Assembly (NCBI RefSeq): GCF_000015145.1
Contig: NC_008818.1
Coordinates: 180,001-212,000 of the forward strand
Direction: 5' to 3'
Source: Hyperthermus butylicus DSM 5456
GTDB taxonomy: Archaea; Thermoproteota; Thermoprotei_A; Sulfolobales; Pyrodictiaceae
Length of the DNA: 32,000 nt
The notes under the pieces are model-generated. The model saw only the letters and a program-made list of their open reading frames with translations. It was not told the origin of the DNA and searched no databases. Every line of letters starts with the position of its first letter. Positions within the stretch are counted from its first letter, which is position 1. A program made the position numbers and the translations under genes. Of this stretch, positions 27,022 through 32,000 are shown piece after piece.

Positions 27022-28521
27022 CCGGGCCTTAATCTTCGGCATGAGTCTCCGTGTCTTCCACTTTATGTAGGCTATGACGGCTTTAAGCCCGAGTTTTAGC
27101 GGTATGTACTCGACGCCCCGCAGGTAGAGCTTCGAGATCATCTCCTCGGCCCAGTAGAGGCTGTGCTCGAGAGTCTTCAGCATGACCTCCAGATGCTCGG
27201 GCTTTAGCAGCTTCCGCTGGAACCAGTCCCTATTCTTAAACACGCCCATGGGCACAAAGAACATTGGCACGATAAGGCTGCGGTACGGGCGGAGCCGGTC
27301 TAGGCCCTCAGCGGTCTTCATCACGTCGTCCGGGGTCTCCCCTGGGAGACCAAGTATGATGGTGCCAGCTGGTATTATCCAGTTGTCGTGCATTATAGCG
27401 AAGGCATCCTCAACTATCTCCGGCCACTTCTCCGCAGGGTAGGGAGCAGCCTTCGCGGGCATAACCTTCCTGGCTAGGTTCACGCTCAGAGTCTCAATCC
27501 CGACCTCCACGCCTAGGAACCGTTCCCGCCGGAGCACGTAGTCCCCCATGATCCTGGAGATGAGCTTGTAGTTCTCCTCCGCGTACTTGACCGCTGCTAG
27601 GCTTGCATGGCTCCACGCCAGGGTGCCGTCGGTGGCACGGTACCATAGCTCGTGCAGTTTTAGCAGCGGCTCCGGCCGCGGCTTGACGCCATCAGCACCA
27701 TACAGCAGCACGTCCTCGCTGTGGTATATCACGTCTCGTACGCCGTGCCTCTTATTCACCTCTATCTCAGCCTTTATCTTCTCCAGCGGTATGAAGCGTA
27801 GCGGCCTCAGCGTTACGCTGCAGAACTTGCAGCCCCTCGGGCACCCTCTCATTATCTCGACGAGACCGTTAACACTAGCCCCCCTTATCACGGGTATCTC
27901 CTCGATGCTTGGCGACTCGCCAGGCCCAACGTAGATGTAGTCGGGGAGCGGTTCGCCTTTCAGCGCCTTATCGACAACATCTACTATCACCCTCTCAGCC
28001 TCTCCGTCTATCACCGTATCGACACCCCATTTCTTCCAGTACTCTAGCTCCCACAGCCACTGCCATGCAGCTGGCCCGCCAACAATAATGCGTACACCCT
28101 TCTCCCGCGCCTTCCTCACTGCGGGGCTCTCCATTAGGCGGCGGAAGCTCCTCCGGTTAACGGGCTCCTTGCCAGTTATCATCCACCACTCGCTGCTCGG
28201 CGGCCCCAAGGCGAAGAAGTCATGGTGCCCTATCAGCAGCACCTTCATCGTGTCAAGGTGCTTATGGAGGTGGTCCGGATCGATGATAGCAGCTTTGAAC
28301 CCCGCCTCTTGCAGCTTAGCCTCGATCTTCCTGAGCCCATATGGCGCTTGCCATGGTCTCCCCTCACTATCAACTCTTATCTTAGGTGCTGCCACCCACA
28401 TCCAAACACGCTCTGGCACCCCGATAGGCGGCCCCGTGGCCATAAACCCGATAAACTCCTTGCCATGGTGGTTGGACATCATGGTACGGTCGGTCGTAAT
28501 TACAACCTCATAACCACCCAC
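26998..28521 (-). CDS. Radical SAM protein with N-terminal B12-binding-like region
   Basis: 507 aa: VKVLLIGHHD..., VRIIVGGPAAWQWL, EIMRGCPRGCKFCSV (CX3CX2C), LGVEVGIETLSVNLARKVMP, IIPAGTIILGLPGETPDDV. Confidence 0.88.
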   Translation of the reverse strand: MGGYEVVITTDRTMMSNHHGKEFIGFMATGPPIGVPERVWMWVAAPKIRVDSEGRPWQAPYGLRKIEAKLQEAGFKAAIIDPDHLHKHLDTMKVLLIGHHDFFALGPPSSEWWMITGKEPVNRRSFRRLMESPAVRKAREKGVRIIVGGPAAWQWLWELEYWKKWGVDTVIDGEAERVIVDVVDKALKGEPLPDYIYVGPGESPSIEEIPVIRGASVNGLVEIMRGCPRGCKFCSVTLRPLRFIPLEKIKAEIEVNKRHGVRDVIYHSEDVLLYGADGVKPRPEPLLKLHELWYRATDGTLAWSHASLAAVKYAEENYKLISRIMGDYVLRRERFLGVEVGIETLSVNLARKVMPAKAAPYPAEKWPEIVEDAFAIMHDNWIIPAGTIILGLPGETPDDVMKTAEGLDRLRPYRSLIVPMFFVPMGVFKNRDWFQRKLLKPEHLEVMLKTLEHSLYWAEEMISKLYLRGVEYIPLKLGLKAVIAYIKWKTRRLMPKIKARLEAAMRA

Positions 28522-28546
28522 GACCCACCACCTTGGCCCGCGTCTC

Positions 28547-28939
28547 CTAGCCCTGCGTCACACCCACAGCCTCCATTGCCGCCTGCTTCAGCTCCTCATC
28601 CGCAGTCTCGTCAACAACCACAGCCGTATCTGGGCTCGCAACGATCTCCCTAAGCTTCACCGTGTCAGCGCCATGATACCAGACGCGAAGGCTATACGCG
28701 ATATTGTTCAGTATTATCCCCCGGACAGTCTCCATGTAGTCCGGCCTGGGGCGAGTTGTGAACACGTGCAGCTCAAACCCACGGTAGCCCCTTGCAGCTT
28801 CCCTCGCCATAAGGGCGAGCACCTGCTGCACAATACCGCGGCCCCCGCCGAGCACAAGCACTATCCTCCTGACACCACGGCCGCTCTGGAAACTCATGAG
28901 ACCCGCATTCACCCATACTATAGTATTGTTAACCGGCAT
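28547..28939 (-). CDS. Hypothetical protein
   Basis: 130-aa ORF just upstream of the radical SAM gene: RRIVLVLGGGRGIVQQVLALMAREAARGYRGFELHVFTTRPRPDYMETVRGIILNNIAYSLRVWYHG. Confidence 0.55.
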   Translation of the reverse strand: MPVNNTIVWVNAGLMSFQSGRGVRRIVLVLGGGRGIVQQVLALMAREAARGYRGFELHVFTTRPRPDYMETVRGIILNNIAYSLRVWYHGADTVKLREIVASPDTAVVVDETADEELKQAAMEAVGVTQG

Positions 28940-29762
28940 TATAAGTGCTTAGACGCTGACCCCAAGCCTAGATACGACTGCCTAACCAGTGTACACAGAA
29001 AATCCATCGATACCCGAGCGGTAGAACCACTCAGCGCCAGGCCCCGCTATGCCACGTTATTAGTGAATGGAGAGATAGGCTTCCCTTACATATACTTGTC
29101 AGCGGTGGGCCCGTTCCACCGTTTAGCTCGTGGCTGCATCCATAGGGGCTCCATGCGGAATACTGTGATCCATACCTGGTGTCCTAGTGGAAGGCATAGC
29201 TAATGCACTACCATACTTCAACCTTCAACACGGCTGTATAGTACATAAACCATCCCAGCTGCGATACGGTATAGGCATGGTGTTAAGAACGGCAGTGCCA
29301 TACCAGCAAGCAGAATCCCTCCATCGTATAGCTTGTGGGGCTAATCACTGACGGACCTCTTATCCTTCCCCTTTGCGTCTAGACGGTAACCCAGCTCAGC
29401 TGACTATGTGGTGTGTCAGTATTATTGGAATGATCAGACCGAACATATGGGCGGGTATACCATGCATGTTAGCCATTATCCGCAGTACGGTGCAGGCCCT
29501 AAGGCTTGTTCAGCATTTACGGGTCAGAGCTGGGGAAAAGCTACATCACTACTATACCCAGGGAGGTTTGAGGGAGGCTAGGTATCGGGGATTGCGATGT
29601 GTTGAAGCTAGTTATGTATGGTAATGATATTGTGTTGGGGAAGCCGAAGTTTCTGATTAGGATTTACTACACTATCGAGGGTCTGTATCGCCAGCGTTCA
29701 TCCATATATTCTCCTCCTCACCGTTGCCCTCTCGGCTTATCCTCGCTGGGTGGTCTCAGTTG

Positions 29763-30500
29763 ATGATCTGGTTCATCGGTACTGCGGGCGCCGGAGGGGT
29801 TCCGGGCCGAGCTAAGAACTGTATCCTGGTTGACACGGGGGATGCTAGGCTCCTCCTCGATGTTGGGCCGGGCTGCGTGGAGAGGCTCTACGAGCTGGGC
29901 TACAGCGCCTGTGACGTGGACTACATCTACATAAGTCACCTCCACATGGACCATTGGAGCGGCTTGTTCGATTACGCTGTCCGCTACAGTGTGGAGGGCT
30001 GCAGCCAGCCTCCAACGCTGCTAGCGGGGGAGAAGGTGAGGGATCAGTTGTCATCAGTCATAGAGACGCTGCCTGGCAGGCTACGCGGCGAGGTGGGAGC
30101 CCGCAGCATACCAGCCAGCGGGGGCCTAGAGCTTGACGGGATGCTGATCCGGGTCTACGAGGCCGTGCATACACTCCCAGCCTACACTGTTGAAGTAATT
30201 GTTGACGGGTCGACGCTTGTCTACAGTGGCGATACAGGGCCAACGGGGAAACTCCGAGAACTAGCATCGAGGACTGATCTCCTCGTGGTTGAGGCCTCTA
30301 TGCCTCGAGGGATGGAGGTCAAGGCAAGGGAGACCGGGCACCACACTGTGGATGAGGCAGCAGCATACCGCGACCAGATGAGGAGCGAAGCACTACTAGT
30401 GCTAACACACCTCACCAGAGAAAGCCTCGAAGACATAAGGCGGCATGGGCTCCCACGCAGAGTCATAGCCGCCTCCGACGGGCTCGTCCTCAGCATCTAG
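29763..30500 (+). CDS. Metallo-beta-lactamase-fold hydrolase (RNase Z-like)
   Basis: Start taken as the internal Met of ORF 29724-30500: MIWFIGTAGAGGVPGRAKNCILVDTGDARLLLDVGPG...YISHLHMDHWSG...VYSGDTGPTGKL...TGHHTVDEAAAY. Confidence 0.88.
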   Translation: MIWFIGTAGAGGVPGRAKNCILVDTGDARLLLDVGPGCVERLYELGYSACDVDYIYISHLHMDHWSGLFDYAVRYSVEGCSQPPTLLAGEKVRDQLSSVIETLPGRLRGEVGARSIPASGGLELDGMLIRVYEAVHTLPAYTVEVIVDGSTLVYSGDTGPTGKLRELASRTDLLVVEASMPRGMEVKARETGHHTVDEAAAYRDQMRSEALLVLTHLTRESLEDIRRHGLPRRVIAASDGLVLSI

Positions 30501-30575
30501 TGCGAGCCTAGCGTAAACACCATACGGAAGCCGTTCCAGTCCACTGCAGCTAGAGCCGAGACAATCATTCGTTGT

Positions 30576-31841
30576 ATGTGTCCTTGGATTTCTGTGTCAC
30601 AAATACTAGCACATTGCTCTCCGGAAATGGTGTTCCAGTGGACTAGCTCAACAAGCTGTAGTGTTCCATACGTAGCAAGCTGTGGAGAGGCCTCTTACCC
30701 CAAAGACTACTATGGGCTACTGGGGGGTTTAGCTTTGGAGTGGCTGCGTGGGGGCAGTTGGGAGGAGGTAGCAAGGGAGCTGGGGGAGCTGCGTGCTGGA
30801 GAACCTAGTCCGTGCCGTGTTGCAGGTAGCACTGTTGCAGAACCTTTGCCTGTTGCACGTAGGGCTTACAGCCTCTATGCAGATGTGAATCTTAACGATC
30901 CTGCTTCGTGGCCTAGTGTGACAAAGCTCCTGGAGGGTATTTCTAGGGTCCTCGAGGAACTCAGGCTTGGTCATCGCTGGCTCGTTGCTGTAAGTGGTGG
31001 CAGCGAGGCAGTATTGACGGGTCTCTACATTGCGAGAGAGTATACGCGGGGCAGGGTGGTTGTAGCGTCTAGTGCTGCCCATGCATCCGTGCTAAAGGCT
31101 GCCCGTGTCCTGGGCATGGAGGTTAAGCTTGTGCAGGTGGACTCTAGGCTGAGGATAGACCTCTACGCCCTGGAGAAGACGTTGAGGGGAGTTCAGAATG
31201 TTGCTGCTATCGTTGCGACAGCAGGTGTCACTGATAACGGTGCTGTGGATCCAGTTAGGGATGTGGCCAAGCTTGCCTGGGAGCATGGTGCAGTAGTGTA
31301 TGTGGACGCTGCTTTTGGCGGCCTACCACTCCTAGGGTTGGGGAGCACCGAGACAGTATTGCCCCGTGGCGGCCCCGCCCTAGCCGGGATAGACTTCCAC
31401 AAGCACGTAGCACCTCCGCCATCCTCCATACTTGTATCAAACACAGCGGAGCTTAGGGACTACATAGTGTTCCCCGCGCCCTACATGCCCTTGGGGAGGC
31501 AGGAGACGCTACTCTGGACCCGGCCAGCATCGGGCCTAGCAGCAGCCTATGCAGCCCTTAGGGCACTAGGAGCCAGTGGCGTTGGAGAGCTAGCAAGATA
31601 CCTCTACAGGCTAGCCTCGAAGCTGGCATCCATCCTCGAGCAGCGGGGTGTAGAGTTGTTGTCGCCTCTCGATACGCCTCTCGTGGCCTTTCGGCCCCCA
31701 AGTGTGGAGGGGGCGTTGAAGAGGCTGAGAAGGAGAGGCTGGATACTCTACCCCTCCAGGCTTCCCGGCATACTGCGCTACGTAGCAAAGTGGTGCCACG
31801 AGCCCGGAGACGTGGAGGAGATAGCGGAGGCGGTAGCCTAG
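30576..31841 (+). CDS. Group II PLP-dependent decarboxylase-like protein (MfnA-like)
   Basis: 421 aa: VAVSGGSEAVLTGLYIAREY, VVASSAAHASVLKAARVLGM, AAIVATAGVTDNGAVDPV, VVYVDAAFGG, GIDFHKHVAPPPSSIL (Schiff-base Lys). Confidence 0.82.
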   Translation: MCPWISVSQILAHCSPEMVFQWTSSTSCSVPYVASCGEASYPKDYYGLLGGLALEWLRGGSWEEVARELGELRAGEPSPCRVAGSTVAEPLPVARRAYSLYADVNLNDPASWPSVTKLLEGISRVLEELRLGHRWLVAVSGGSEAVLTGLYIAREYTRGRVVVASSAAHASVLKAARVLGMEVKLVQVDSRLRIDLYALEKTLRGVQNVAAIVATAGVTDNGAVDPVRDVAKLAWEHGAVVYVDAAFGGLPLLGLGSTETVLPRGGPALAGIDFHKHVAPPPSSILVSNTAELRDYIVFPAPYMPLGRQETLLWTRPASGLAAAYAALRALGASGVGELARYLYRLASKLASILEQRGVELLSPLDTPLVAFRPPSVEGALKRLRRRGWILYPSRLPGILRYVAKWCHEPGDVEEIAEAVA

Positions 31842-32000
31842 ACAAAGGCGTCCATGCTACGATATATCACGTACATGGAGTAGACGGCTAACACGAGTGC
31901 AGCAGCAGAGACGGCGAGTATAGCTCCGACCACTACATAGGCTGTCTGCATGCTAAACCCGGCAACCTCTATAATCCTCTCGATCTCTGATGGTGTAGTC
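31838..32000 (-). CDS. Partial membrane protein, C-terminal end only
   Basis: Minus strand translates open to the edge: TTPSEIERIIEVAGFSMQTAYVVVGAILAVSAAALVLAVYSMYVIYRSMDAFV*. Confidence 0.6.
   Translation of the reverse strand, partial: TTPSEIERIIEVAGFSMQTAYVVVGAILAVSAAALVLAVYSMYVIYRSMDAFV

Noticed and set aside
28673-29203. 176-aa plus ORF overlapping the 130-aa minus gene
   Set aside because: Low hydrophobic-core content and His/Pro-rich composition; the minus-strand ORF looks more protein-like and is adjacent to its same-strand neighbour. Not fully excluded for the non-overlapping 3' part.

Overview
32 kb window from what looks like a hyperthermophilic crenarchaeon. Evidence: a reverse gyrase gene, CTA/AGG-rich codon usage, TTG/GTG starts, AT-rich archaeal-type promoters and very tight gene packing. 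Pyrodictiaceae or a related Desulfurococcales lineage is my inference, not proven. Supported gene content: a partial EamA-type transporter; sucD/sucC; a divergent NikR-like RHH regulator and metal P-type ATPase pair, with the ATPase frame-disrupted by an exact 13-bp tandem duplication; hemA (glutamyl-tRNA reductase); an HTH_10/Bat-like regulator; a small protein made of two ~79-aa internal repeats; a KaiC-like protein with a degenerate second RecA domain; a type IV pilus-like cluster (two half-size TadC/FlaJ proteins, a VirB11/FlaI-type ATPase and a class III-signal pilin); a radical SAM/SPASM protein divergent from the pilin; threonine ammonia-lyase plus RidA; a long reverse gyrase with no intein; a frameshifted winged-helix gene; a small TM/coiled-coil protein; an FAH-family hydrolase; a B12-binding-type radical SAM protein; an MBL-fold hydrolase; and a group II decarboxylase-like PLP enzyme. 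I found no rRNA, convincing tRNA, CRISPR array or transposase. The most interesting observations are the disrupted minimal ATPase and its palindrome-rich divergent control region, the pilus/KaiC-like gene neighbourhood, and three convergent gene pairs that end in the same shared CTAG tetranucleotide.
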